Source: Candidatus Hodarchaeota archaeon
GTDB taxonomy: Archaea > Asgardarchaeota > Heimdallarchaeia > Hodarchaeales > Hodarchaeaceae
Assembly (NCBI GenBank): GCA_016839785.1
Contig: JAEOTQ010000076.1
Location: 1 to 37,881 of the forward strand
DNA: 37,881 nt
Direction of reading: 5' to 3'
Part shown: positions 1 through 10,086 of the stretch, piece after piece
Numbering within the stretch: position 1 is the stretch's first letter
Layout of the letters: every line of letters starts with the position of its first letter
The notes under the pieces: generated by a model
The model's database searches: none
What the model saw: only the letters and a program-made list of their open reading frames with translations
What the model was told of the DNA's origin: nothing
Position numbers and translations under genes: made by a program

Positions 1-115
1 AACTTTTTTCTTCAACATTTATTGTTGAAACAGGGGATTTGGGTGAATCATCAGGCGTACAAAATGTACATGAAGCTTCACTAAAATAGGATCCACATTT
101 GGAACAAATTGGCAA
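1..115 (-). CDS. Partial CDS (N-terminus only) of a zinc-ribbon protein, running off the window
   Basis: Manual translation from TTG at 115: MPICSKCGSYFSEASCTFCTPDDSPKSPVSTINVEEKS, containing CxxC...CxxC. GAGGAG Shine-Dalgarno-like site just upstream (about 122-128, minus strand). Not in the ORF track. Confidence 0.7.
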   Translation of the reverse strand, partial: MPICSKCGSYFSEASCTFCTPDDSPKSPVSTINVEEKS

Positions 116-208
116 TATTAACTCCTCGTTCTGATGTATCTTTGAACATAGGGAATAACTCATAATTTTTAACACTTTGCTTTTTTACTCGCAACAATCC
201 TCATTCTA

Positions 209-2815
209 ATGGTCATGTCTCAAAGTTCATTATTTTTTACTGTTGTATTTGCTCCTTCCAAACAAGAAAATACCCTCCAAATATTAGGGTTTACAAAGGG
301 AAGGCTAAACCAGAGAAAACCTCGTTTCAAAGGTAAAATTCTCTATTTTTACAAGAGGGAGAAAATGTGGCGTCCACGTCGCATTTTTTGGGAGGAACAA
401 GGGAAATGGAAAGCTTACCCTCCAGAAAATACGATTCAAGAAATTATTTCGGTCGCAAAATACATTTTTCTAACTACAGATTTACCTAATAAAGAGAAAG
501 ATGGATTGACTCAATTTTGTACAGATTTCAATATTCCAATAAAGTTCACTTCACGGAATTTCTGTCCATTCTGTTTTTTCACCGAAAAATTTACCTTATT
601 AAAGCCTGAAGGCAACTATAAAGCTTATGGTCGTGAAATATGTAAAGCTTGTGCCATGCAGGAATTAGAAAAAGAGCTACAATCAAAAAAAATAAATCTT
701 CTAGATAATCCAGGATTTAAAAAGTACGCTGTTTCGATTTTGGATCGTTTTCATGATATACAACCTGTAACAGAGACTTTGACACAAGGAAGTGCAAATC
801 TTAGTGAATTGACTTTGGTAAAGAGAATAGAAACAATGAATACTGCTAGTGATCTACTTACAATTCAGAATTCACAAATTGATAAATATTTAAAGAAAAC
901 AATGAAAAAACGTGGAATAGATACCCTTTTACCTATTCAATCAGAAGCATTAAAGAATGGATTACTAAAGAACAAAAATCAACTAATTATAGCTAATACA
1001 AGTGCAGGAAAAACACTTATTGGGGAAATTGCTGGGATTACGTCTTCATTGAAGAAAAATAAATTTCTCTTTATTGTCCCTTTAGTAGCATTAGCAAATA
1101 CAAAATTCGAGGATTTTAAGAAATTTTATAGTAATAAATTACGTATTGGAATACGTACTGGAAGATCTCGAATATTTGATTCCATTAAGGAAAAAAAACT
1201 ATTTTATAAAAATCGTTTCTCAATTCAAGACTCAGATGTAATTATTGCTACCTATGAAGGATTAGATCTCTTAATTCGTGGGGGACAAATAAACTTTAGT
1301 GATATCGGATGTATAGTAATCGATGAAATACAAACTCTAGCTGATCCTGAAAGGGGGCCCACATTAGACTGCCTACAAGCAAAAATTCGAACATATTCGA
1401 AGAATGTTCAAATTATAGGCTTATCTGCGACAATTGGCAACCCTAATCAATTTGCAAACGACCTTTCGTTAAATTTAGTTACAGTAGATCATAGACCAAT
1501 TCCATTAGAACAACATTTGCTAATATCAAGAAGCGCTCATGAGAAAATTAGACAAATAACATCACTAGTTTTTACAGAGCTAAAAACAAGATCAAAATCT
1601 GGCTATAAGGGACAAACTATAATTTTTACTAACTCTAGAAGAAAAACAAGTGAAATAGCTGAAATTTTGCGCGAATCAGGGATTAGAAATGCTCAAGCTT
1701 ATCATTCTGGTCTCTCCTATACTCTTCGGAAACAAATTGAATTGGATTTTTCCTCAGGTAAATGTACAGCTATTGTCGCCACGTACGCACTTGGTGCTGG
1801 TGTAGATTTTCCAGCCTCTCAAGTCATATTTGAATCAATGATGATGGGGAATCAAATTCTTGATCCAAATACATTTACCCAAATGATTGGTCGTGCAGGT
1901 AGATTAGGAAAACACGATCGCGGTTATGCGGTTTTTCTATGTTTAGGTGAGTCTATTTCCTCTTTAGAATCTAAATCTGAGGTCGAAATTGCTTTAGAGC
2001 TAGTGAGCTCTGATCTTACCCCAATTACCCCTGATTATGATGAGAATGCTTGTGGAGAGCAAATTATTTCTATCTGTTCTACAAGGTCAAAAATGTCCCC
2101 GTCAGAAGTCAAAAAGATCTATCAGAATATGATAGGGACTGGTAATCATGACTTCATGCAAATTACCAACAAAATGATTCGTAACTCCTTAATTGCCATA
2201 AATTCCAAGGACGGGCATCGTTATTTAGAGGTAACTCCTTTAGGTAAGGCTTCCGCTCTTTCTTTCTTTTCTCCTGAAAAAACAATTAAAATTAAATCAT
2301 TAATCAAGAAAAAAGAACATTTTCTATCAATTGCTCTTGAAATGAATCATCCACAAAACGTTTATTTATCAAAAAAGCTACATGCATACCTTGAAAAGAC
2401 ATATCACATGAGATTTTCAACGCGATTGATTAATAGTCCAGTGTTAGATGTGATGAGTGCATCATTAAAGGGAAAAGAAGCAACAGAATTGAATAAGTGG
2501 TGTCTGACAGTATTTGCCAAATGGACACAGAACTTCTTCACCTGTACCTGCAAAGAAAATCCATATTGTTTTCATGGTTCAGAACAAATAGGAAGATACA
2601 TTGTTAATAAACGACTTGAGGGGAAAAATATTCATCAAATATCGCGTAGCTTTTCCAAGTTCGAACTTCTTATCTTTCCAGGGGATATTTTATCTTCTCT
2701 CAATGGAATAATTCATGAACTTGAGGGAATTCAGAGGATAGCATTAGCTATTGGTGAAAAGGCAAGTGAAAAGAAGATTACTCTTCTCATAGATAAGCTG
2801 GAAATTCCCCAGTAA
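209..2815 (+). CDS. Archaea-specific Ski2-like superfamily II DExD/H helicase (COG1202/ASH-Ski2 type)
   Basis: Q motif LLPIQ, Walker A NTSAGKT, VPLVALAN, DEIQ, motif III SAT, YHSGL, QMIGRAGR. N-terminal CPFC...CKAC and C-terminal CTCKENPYC cysteine clusters are typical of this family. Confidence 0.9.
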   Translation: MVMSQSSLFFTVVFAPSKQENTLQILGFTKGRLNQRKPRFKGKILYFYKREKMWRPRRIFWEEQGKWKAYPPENTIQEIISVAKYIFLTTDLPNKEKDGLTQFCTDFNIPIKFTSRNFCPFCFFTEKFTLLKPEGNYKAYGREICKACAMQELEKELQSKKINLLDNPGFKKYAVSILDRFHDIQPVTETLTQGSANLSELTLVKRIETMNTASDLLTIQNSQIDKYLKKTMKKRGIDTLLPIQSEALKNGLLKNKNQLIIANTSAGKTLIGEIAGITSSLKKNKFLFIVPLVALANTKFEDFKKFYSNKLRIGIRTGRSRIFDSIKEKKLFYKNRFSIQDSDVIIATYEGLDLLIRGGQINFSDIGCIVIDEIQTLADPERGPTLDCLQAKIRTYSKNVQIIGLSATIGNPNQFANDLSLNLVTVDHRPIPLEQHLLISRSAHEKIRQITSLVFTELKTRSKSGYKGQTIIFTNSRRKTSEIAEILRESGIRNAQAYHSGLSYTLRKQIELDFSSGKCTAIVATYALGAGVDFPASQVIFESMMMGNQILDPNTFTQMIGRAGRLGKHDRGYAVFLCLGESISSLESKSEVEIALELVSSDLTPITPDYDENACGEQIISICSTRSKMSPSEVKKIYQNMIGTGNHDFMQITNKMIRNSLIAINSKDGHRYLEVTPLGKASALSFFSPEKTIKIKSLIKKKEHFLSIALEMNHPQNVYLSKKLHAYLEKTYHMRFSTRLINSPVLDVMSASLKGKEATELNKWCLTVFAKWTQNFFTCTCKENPYCFHGSEQIGRYIVNKRLEGKNIHQISRSFSKFELLIFPGDILSSLNGIIHELEGIQRIALAIGEKASEKKITLLIDKLEIPQ

Positions 2816-2842
2816 TCCTATTGAAAAAATCCATCATTATTA

Positions 2843-3013
2843 TCATTTTCGAGTTGATTTTCGATATTTCAAAAAAAACCCAAGACCTGCAAAAGCTGTT
2901 AAGAATCCAAAAATGTAATAAACAGCAGACATAGCTGTACTCATTGTACCTCCCAACCCTGCAATTAGTAATCCTATGATTATAAGCACTGAGCCAATTA
3001 AAAGATCATACAC
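2843..3013 (-). CDS. Small 56-aa membrane protein with two predicted TM helices
   Basis: Manual translation from GTG 3013 to TGA 2843: MYDLLIGSVLIIIGLLIAGLGGTMSTAMSAVYYIFGFLTAFAGLGFFLKYRKSTRK. Two hydrophobic stretches, basic tail, GAGGT SD at 3021-3025. Below the ORF track size cutoff. Confidence 0.7.
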   Translation of the reverse strand: MYDLLIGSVLIIIGLLIAGLGGTMSTAMSAVYYIFGFLTAFAGLGFFLKYRKSTRK

Positions 3014-3081
3014 TATTTTAACCTCTTATAAATTTACAACGAGTCTAATTGATATTGTATTTTCAATTGCTAAATGAATTT

Positions 3082-4467
3082 TTAGGTAGTTTTACTTATT
3101 TCATTTGTTACAAGCTTATTAACATATTTTACATAATAATCAAGTTTATGTTTAGTATCTGCCTCAGCACGAATGGAAATTACAGGTTCAGTCCCACTTT
3201 CGCGAACTAGTACCCACCCGTCATCAAATTCAGCCCTTACTCCATCGATTGTTATACAATTTTGAGCTTCAGTAAATAGAATGGATTTAACGTTTTCTAC
3301 TATTTTTGATTTAATATTATCATTGCAAGGTATTCTTATTTCATCTGAAGTGGGATAGGAGGGTAATTTTGCAATTATTTGAGATAATGGCTCCTCCCGA
3401 GAGGCAATAATCTCCAGCATCTTCATTGATGAAAATATCGCATCATCAAATCCAAAATAATCTTCCCCAAAATAATAATGGCCACTTAACTCTCCTGCAA
3501 AAATTGCTCCTCTTTTCAGGAGCTTTTCATGAATCCAAGAGTGACCAACACGAGTGAATTCTACTTCAGCACCCAGATTACTTAAGTATTCATAGGTTGC
3601 TCTTGAAGTCTTGATATCAATTAATATCAATCCTTTCGGAACTTTTTCCAGTAAATACGCCCCAAAAAGCATTATAATTTGATCAGGTTTAATTATTGCT
3701 CCTTTTTCATCCACAAAACCCACTCGATCCCCGTCCGCGTCAAAACCAATACCTAGATCGTGAGAAGATTTGTTCATTGATTCAACTATATATTTTAAAC
3801 ATTTTGGCTTGGCAGGATCAGGTATCATAACTGGAAATGTTCCATCGGGGTTGGGATGTAAAGCTTCAACCTGCATTTTTTTGTCTTTTAAGACTTCTAG
3901 AATTGGATAGCATGTTCCATTTCCTATATCCACAACCAATTTTAGCTTTTTTATTGGATGAAAATGGTTCCTTTGATAATTCCAGTATTGTTCCCTGTTA
4001 ACATTTTCTAGTATTGATGTTTGTCCATATGTATTGTTCTTAGTTATCTTATAGTCATTCTGATCCATAATTCTCTTTATCTCTTTGTAAAAATTACCAA
4101 TATGAAATGAGACACCATTTCGATCACAGACTTTAATACCATTATAGTCAATAGGATTATGGCTTGCTGTTACCATAATTCCAAAGTCCACTGAGGAATG
4201 ATTTGCGGATAAGAAATATATTGTAGGAGTTGTACAAATACCAATGTCTTTTACGTTACACCCGACTTCCATTAATCCCAGTGAAAGTGCTGTCTTGATT
4301 ATTGGTGTAGATAACCTAACATCACCACCGATAATGACATTTTTCTGAATTCCGAAGTATGTTCCGAACGCTCTACCGATATTAACTACTGTTTTTAATG
4401 AAATATCCTGAGGAAATTTTCCCCGAATATCATAGGTACGAAAAATATTCTCACTCATTTCCAACAA
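3082..4467 (-). CDS. Phosphomannomutase/phosphoglucomutase (alpha-D-phosphohexomutase)
   Basis: FRTYDIRG, catalytic TASHNP, metal loop DADGDR, GELSGH, VRESGTEP. Confidence 0.95.
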   Translation of the reverse strand: MLEMSENIFRTYDIRGKFPQDISLKTVVNIGRAFGTYFGIQKNVIIGGDVRLSTPIIKTALSLGLMEVGCNVKDIGICTTPTIYFLSANHSSVDFGIMVTASHNPIDYNGIKVCDRNGVSFHIGNFYKEIKRIMDQNDYKITKNNTYGQTSILENVNREQYWNYQRNHFHPIKKLKLVVDIGNGTCYPILEVLKDKKMQVEALHPNPDGTFPVMIPDPAKPKCLKYIVESMNKSSHDLGIGFDADGDRVGFVDEKGAIIKPDQIIMLFGAYLLEKVPKGLILIDIKTSRATYEYLSNLGAEVEFTRVGHSWIHEKLLKRGAIFAGELSGHYYFGEDYFGFDDAIFSSMKMLEIIASREEPLSQIIAKLPSYPTSDEIRIPCNDNIKSKIVENVKSILFTEAQNCITIDGVRAEFDDGWVLVRESGTEPVISIRAEADTKHKLDYYVKYVNKLVTNEISKTT

Positions 4468-4514
4468 CCCGGATTTGAATATTTACCAATCGCCAAATTT
4501 TCCTTTTTACTTTT

Positions 4515-5297
4515 TTAAAAATACTTATCTAGTTTTTTCCCAGGTTTGTGTAAGATCTGTTGTAAATGTTTCCATTCCCATAGATATCGAATAAATGGAA
4601 AAGATCGTTGTTTAATTTGATTTGAATATTCATGAAAAAAATACATCAAGTTTCGATCTTTCTCATTGGGGTATCCTTGACCTAGAACAAACTCGGGTAA
4701 ATCCCATTCTTGTTCAATTTCTCGCAGCCTAAGATCTCTTATATGCTTAGCAACGCATGAAGCTGCAGCCACAACCGTATATTTTGCGTCGGCTTTTTTT
4801 GAAATAATGATATTTTTTGTAGCTTTTTTTAAGTTCCTTAAAGTAAATTTAATTTCATCCTTATTTGTTTCAATTAGTTTAAGAGATAAAGAAGGATCAT
4901 TTGTATGAATCAAGTTTGAAATTTGTGTCATTGAATAATGAGGGGAAGAAATTGTGTCCAGAAAGATTTCCTTTGTATTTAATTCCTTTATAAGCTTATA
5001 AAAGTACCTTAGTTCTAGTAAATTCAAATTATCCTTAGGCCGCATCTTTAATGTTTCATCTATTTCAGTAGAGGGAATTTTAAAAACTTCTACTTTCTCT
5101 GCATTTTGTTGAATCTCTATGGCTAATTGACTTCTTTTCCTTCTTCCTGATATACCGGTAAATAGTTTAGAATCTTTTACACCTTTCTTATGGAGTAAAT
5201 CGATTTTATCACGCTTCAGAGTTAAACCAACAATAATTAGCGGGCCTATAACACTACCTCTCCCCGCCTCATCAATACCAGAGAGCAGTGCTCCCAA
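4515..5297 (-). CDS. rnhB: Ribonuclease HII
   Basis: GIDEAGRGSVIGP, GVKDSK, KADAKY, AAASCVAK, GYP. C-terminal PIP-box-like KKLDKYF. Confidence 0.95.
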   Translation of the reverse strand: MGALLSGIDEAGRGSVIGPLIIVGLTLKRDKIDLLHKKGVKDSKLFTGISGRRKRSQLAIEIQQNAEKVEVFKIPSTEIDETLKMRPKDNLNLLELRYFYKLIKELNTKEIFLDTISSPHYSMTQISNLIHTNDPSLSLKLIETNKDEIKFTLRNLKKATKNIIISKKADAKYTVVAAASCVAKHIRDLRLREIEQEWDLPEFVLGQGYPNEKDRNLMYFFHEYSNQIKQRSFPFIRYLWEWKHLQQILHKPGKKLDKYF

Positions 5298-5299
5298 TT

Positions 5300-6364
5300 T
5301 TAATCAATTCCAGTCTTCTCGATTGCATTTTCTGCAGCAGATCTAGTCAGGCCTTCAGAAAGAACCGTATATCTTTCAGAACGAATATGTTGCGCTTTTT
5401 TTAACGCCAACAACATAATATCTCGGTCAATACCTAGTTCGCGAAGGGTTAAGGGAGCAGAAACCTTCTTTAAGGAGGTACGAATACGATTCCAGTCCCC
5501 TCCATGTAAATACATCATTAAAATTGCACTAATCCCTGTTTGATGACCATGGAGTACTTTAAAACCATATTCAGAAGATAACATATCCAAAGCATGACTA
5601 ACGAGATGTTCAGATCCACTAGCTGGACGAGAGGATCCCGCAATACACATTGCAACACCGCTACTGCCCAGAGCCTTGATTAAAGCTCTAACTCCTTTCT
5701 CTCCAAAGAAGTTTTTTCCAAGGTCATTTATTCTTTCCTCCACCATTGTTGCTGTCATTTCTGAGAAAGATGCTGCATAAATGTCATAATCTTCACCTTT
5801 CAATCTATTAGCAAGTCTCCAATCTTTAACAGCTACCCATTTTGATAAGATATCCCCAACACCTGCTTTCAAAGATTCTTTAGGTGCTTTACTAATCAAT
5901 GTTGTATCACCGACAATTGCTAATGGAGAAATTGGTCGATACTCTTGCGAAAGTTTTTTATTAAAAAATTGATCTACCTTAGTTCTTAATAAAAAGTTAA
6001 TATAAGGACTAGAAAAGCCATCATGGCTAGCATTGGTGGGAACAGCAATATATTCCGTTTTTGACATATTTGCTAAGAGTTTCACATAATCAATAACGGT
6101 CCCACCACCTACAGCGAGTAGATATGTCTGATGATGATCAATTCTACTAGCAATTTTGCTTAGATATGAAAAATCAATGTACTCGGGCAAGGGAGTAAAT
6201 TCATATTCTATATCATCTGAAATCTGGGGAAGTACTACTTTTTCTGTGATTTCGTGTGTTTTTGTTTGACCACTAAATATGTGTAATTTATTGATACCTA
6301 AATCCTTAAACGTCCCTGTTAATCTTTCAACAGCATTTATTCCGAAAGTAACTCGTCTTGACAC
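5300..6364 (-). CDS. egsA: sn-glycerol-1-phosphate dehydrogenase
   Basis: GGGTVID, PTNASHDGFSSP, GVGD, GSSRPASGSEHLVSHALD, HGHQ, RYTVL. Start uncertain because the frame stays open a little upstream. Confidence 0.93.
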   Translation of the reverse strand: MSRRVTFGINAVERLTGTFKDLGINKLHIFSGQTKTHEITEKVVLPQISDDIEYEFTPLPEYIDFSYLSKIASRIDHHQTYLLAVGGGTVIDYVKLLANMSKTEYIAVPTNASHDGFSSPYINFLLRTKVDQFFNKKLSQEYRPISPLAIVGDTTLISKAPKESLKAGVGDILSKWVAVKDWRLANRLKGEDYDIYAASFSEMTATMVEERINDLGKNFFGEKGVRALIKALGSSGVAMCIAGSSRPASGSEHLVSHALDMLSSEYGFKVLHGHQTGISAILMMYLHGGDWNRIRTSLKKVSAPLTLRELGIDRDIMLLALKKAQHIRSERYTVLSEGLTRSAAENAIEKTGID

Positions 6365-6480
6365 ATTTATTTCTTGAATTGGGCTCAGAATTAATTCATC
6401 CAGTAAAAATGAATTTTCAACGTCAATTAAATAGCAATCGGTCTAGTCATTTACATATTATTTGTCTAGTATGATAAAGA

Positions 6481-7515
6481 TTACAGTTTCTCTTCCTGAC
6501 TTAGATCTGCATAATCACGTCGATATCTAAGTAACTCGGAACCACCCAGTTGTAATGTGGCATACCCTCCTACTATACCAAGAAACAAAGATTTTACGAC
6601 ACGATCTATAAAAGCTACTAATGTAGCATCAGTCCCGATATAATGAGGAGAGTTAATTAAGACCAGCGCGATTACAGCTTCATATTCACCCATAGCTCCT
6701 GGAAGAATTGGAATTATGAAAGTTATATTGCCTACACATGAAGCTGCTATCACCCAAGGAAGATCAGTCAGAGTGAAAGAGGGCAAAATGGATAAAGCAA
6801 TGATATACAGCATAACGCCCTCAATTGCCCAGATAGCAGCAGATGTTAGTATCGCTTGAAACAATAGATTTGGTTTGGTACGAAGGTCGGTTAGCCCACG
6901 AATAAACGCTTCAAAGGCTGAAGTGAGTTTATCCTTAAGAAATTCTGGAAATATTCCAAGGATTTTGTAAACAAAAGTAGGTTTCATTAAAATAATGCCT
7001 ATCAGTAAAAGGCCTCCTCCTGAAATTAAAAAAAGAAGTATGATCAACTGTCCTATAACTCTTGAGCTTTCCTCCGTCTGAAAAGAAAAACTGATGAAAA
7101 ATAAACTTCCTGTTACAACTATCAATAAACCTATAATGCTTAAAACCTGTTCAATGACAATAGAAGATATTGAATCTGAATATTTTACTTCATAGTTCCG
7201 TTTTAACGATATGATCCTAACAGTCTCACCTGCGCGCGCAATTGTAAATAAATTTATAGCTAAAGCTGAACACACAGGAAGAATCAGGGATGATAAAGGT
7301 AACTGAGTTCCTTGTGCTATTAATAATAATTTCCACCTATAAGTACGTACTATTAAGTCAATAATATAAAATAGAACCAATAGAGCAATCCCCCAAAATC
7401 CTAACTGAAAAAAACTTTCTATGAGATTTTGAGGATTGATGAAAACGATAATGATGAGTAGTACGGTTAGTGTAGCCAGATATAGTAATTTGGATGAATT
7501 TTTATTTTCAAGCAT
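6481..7515 (-). CDS. UPF0104 / lysylphosphatidylglycerol-synthase TM-region (flippase-like) membrane protein
   Basis: Multiple TM helices; RTYRWKLLL, ARAGETVR, IPILPGAMGEYE and DR motifs of this family. Confidence 0.85.
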   Translation of the reverse strand: MLENKNSSKLLYLATLTVLLIIIVFINPQNLIESFFQLGFWGIALLVLFYIIDLIVRTYRWKLLLIAQGTQLPLSSLILPVCSALAINLFTIARAGETVRIISLKRNYEVKYSDSISSIVIEQVLSIIGLLIVVTGSLFFISFSFQTEESSRVIGQLIILLFLISGGGLLLIGIILMKPTFVYKILGIFPEFLKDKLTSAFEAFIRGLTDLRTKPNLLFQAILTSAAIWAIEGVMLYIIALSILPSFTLTDLPWVIAASCVGNITFIIPILPGAMGEYEAVIALVLINSPHYIGTDATLVAFIDRVVKSLFLGIVGGYATLQLGGSELLRYRRDYADLSQEEKL

Positions 7516-7539
7516 TGTTTATATCTCATTGGTATCAGA

Positions 7540-9462
7540 TTACATCTCATCTACTATTGGAATTCCTAGAATATGAAGTATATTTTGTATTACTATTGAA
7601 AAAATTTGAACTAAGGCAACACGAAAGTTTTTCAATTTTGCTGATTCTGCATTTAATACTCGAGAAGTTTCATAAAAACGATTAAATGAAGATGCAAGTT
7701 CATATGCATACTTTGCAATCATGAGGGGCTGCAATGAATCTGCAGCGTTTTTTATTACCTTGGGACAACGATAAAGCTGTAAAATTAGGTTTTTTTCATT
7801 TTGGGTAATTGCGTAATCGCCACGGGCTGAAAAAGCTTTAATTTTAGAAAGCTTGGTTAAAATCTTCATTGCTCGTACAGTTGAATACATCAAGAATGGA
7901 CCAGTGTCCCCCTCAAGTGATGTGGCATCTTCTATTCGAAATTTTATTTCAGTTTCAGTTGAGAACTTCACTAACCAATATCGAATCGCTGCCGCTGTGA
8001 TGCTATTTACTATCTTTTCTCTTTTTATTGGATTATCCTCTAAATCTGGCCTCTTTTTGGATATTGCTTTAAACGCAGCTGTATATGTATCCTCAAATAC
8101 TGCATCAGCCCAAGCCCTTTCCTCAATCCAATTTCCCGTTCTTCCTGAAAATCTTGCATGGGGGGCATTAACGTGTTTATAAGACATATGAAAAGAGTTC
8201 TCAAACTCATTATTCAATGAAAGAAGTTTTAAAGAATAGCGTACAATTTCTTGTTCGTAATTTTGTTCCATCCCGATTACGTTGCACACCCGATTTGATT
8301 TTCCAAAGATTTTTCCCTTCTCACCAGAAACTCGAAAATCAGTACTGGTCCATAGATCCCTTGTTTCTTCGCTTTCGTTCTTCTGTTTTACGACACTTCG
8401 ACTTATTAAATTCGCCTTTACTATCCCGAATTTCCACAATTGGAGTGCAACATCATGAGCTACATAAGTTGGGATTCCATTTGATCGAACAAACACTTTA
8501 TCTGGATTTTTTTTGTCTTGAAACTCATCTAATTTCCCAAGATTAGCAATAAAGCAACCAGCATTTGAACCTTCTTTTTCCCAGTGAAAAGATGAGTTTT
8601 TTTCCAATAATCGAAGAGTTTCTTCCCACACACCAGATCGAGAAATATCTGACTCCCAGACCAAATAATTATAGGTGACACCATATCTCCACGATGTTTC
8701 TAAGTTGTTATCGACACATGTCTGACAAATGTTTCTCATAAAACGGTACATATGAGGATCGTGACGCATATCAACCATTACTTTGTCGACCTCTGGCCAC
8801 AGATCATTTTCAGCAAGGAGACTATTACAATGGGAGTATACTTTCCCTAACCAAACATCATATTTCTCATTGATTTCGCGAACAACTCCAAGATGGTGCC
8901 CATTCAGAATCCCCCATATTAGGGTAGCTACTTGTCTGCCAAAATCATCAATGAGGTTTTGAACTTCAACTTTCCATCCGTTTCTCTTATATATTCTAGC
9001 AATGCAATCCCCAAGGATTGCATTTCTCAGATTCCCAATATGAAGAGCTTTTACTGGATTAATCGATGTATGTTCCACAATTATCTTTTTCCCTTTCCCT
9101 CTGGTATTCTCTCCATATTTAGCTCCTTCCTTTTTGATTTGGGTGTAAAGACGATTGAAAAATGGTATAAAATTGATAAAGAAATTGATATATCCTTTTA
9201 CTGGTGTAGTTTTTACGATTAGGGTTTTTTCATCCAAATTGTTATTGATACCCTGGGATAATTCTTCTGCAATTTTCATAGGAGATTTCTTGAGGAATTT
9301 TGCTAACTTGAAAGCAATATTCGAAGATCTTTCCCCAAATTCGAATGTTGGAGGGATTTCTATTGAATTTTCGATTAGATTCTCAATGCTAGAGTCTATC
9401 TCAAGATGGGAGTTGATCACTTGTTTTAGATGCTTCTTAATCATTTTTTCCATTATTATCAA
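7540..9462 (-). CDS. argS: Arginyl-tRNA synthetase
   Basis: VEHTSINPVKALHIGNLRN (HIGH motif), DDFGRQ, RSNGIPTY, FSGRTG (KMSK equivalent), GDTGPFLMY, C-terminal DEM. Confidence 0.96.
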   Translation of the reverse strand: MIIMEKMIKKHLKQVINSHLEIDSSIENLIENSIEIPPTFEFGERSSNIAFKLAKFLKKSPMKIAEELSQGINNNLDEKTLIVKTTPVKGYINFFINFIPFFNRLYTQIKKEGAKYGENTRGKGKKIIVEHTSINPVKALHIGNLRNAILGDCIARIYKRNGWKVEVQNLIDDFGRQVATLIWGILNGHHLGVVREINEKYDVWLGKVYSHCNSLLAENDLWPEVDKVMVDMRHDPHMYRFMRNICQTCVDNNLETSWRYGVTYNYLVWESDISRSGVWEETLRLLEKNSSFHWEKEGSNAGCFIANLGKLDEFQDKKNPDKVFVRSNGIPTYVAHDVALQLWKFGIVKANLISRSVVKQKNESEETRDLWTSTDFRVSGEKGKIFGKSNRVCNVIGMEQNYEQEIVRYSLKLLSLNNEFENSFHMSYKHVNAPHARFSGRTGNWIEERAWADAVFEDTYTAAFKAISKKRPDLEDNPIKREKIVNSITAAAIRYWLVKFSTETEIKFRIEDATSLEGDTGPFLMYSTVRAMKILTKLSKIKAFSARGDYAITQNEKNLILQLYRCPKVIKNAADSLQPLMIAKYAYELASSFNRFYETSRVLNAESAKLKNFRVALVQIFSIVIQNILHILGIPIVDEM

Positions 9463-10086
9463 AAACCGTCAAATCTAGAACGAGAATCTCCTTTGCAATT
9501 AGTCCATTGATTCTCATGTCTGCTTTATATTCTGTTATTCAAATGAAGTAGTATAATTCAATACACTTCGATCTCAAATATATTTTAAATTCTTATTGTT
9601 GGTTAGATGATCAAAATATACTCGAATTTAATCAAGGATAAGAGTTTCCACTAATTGGTGGAAAGAAAGGTTGTTAAAACTGAATTACATTATGAGTGGG
9701 TGAAGGAACTCCAGTATTTTTCTTAAAATATCAATGGGCAGTAAGAATAGATGCACTCCACAATTCCAATTTTCCCATATTTAGAAATTTAAAAAACGCA
9801 AAACTCACTAAATCTGTATTCTTCTTAACTCATCGGTTTTTTTTCTTCTAACATTCTGTAATGAGATGAAATTACATAAAGTGATATAATTTGCATAATT
9901 TGGATAGACCCCTATGTTCGATAAGGTTATAAATTTCTTGAGAAATCTATTACTCGTCCTAGTAAGATTATCTTTTTCTTCGTTATAATGCTCTGAATTG
10001 TGTTGTATTCTTGGAAAATAAGGAAATTAATTGAAGAAAAAACATACAAATAAGAAATCTTATCTCTAATTAGGAAGTACATCACC

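Noticed and set aside
5300-9462. Idea that argS, the LPG-synthase TM protein and egsA form a tRNA-dependent lipid aminoacylation system
   Set aside because: The membrane protein lacks the catalytic aminoacyl-transferase (DUF2156) domain, and UPF0104 proteins are common stand-alone archaeal flippase-like proteins.
7494-9478. Five short plus-strand ORFs overlapping argS
   Set aside because: Antisense shadows of a well-supported essential gene, with no motifs.
9479-10086. Replication origin
   Set aside because: Only one loose ORB-like sequence and no orc1/cdc6 gene in the window.
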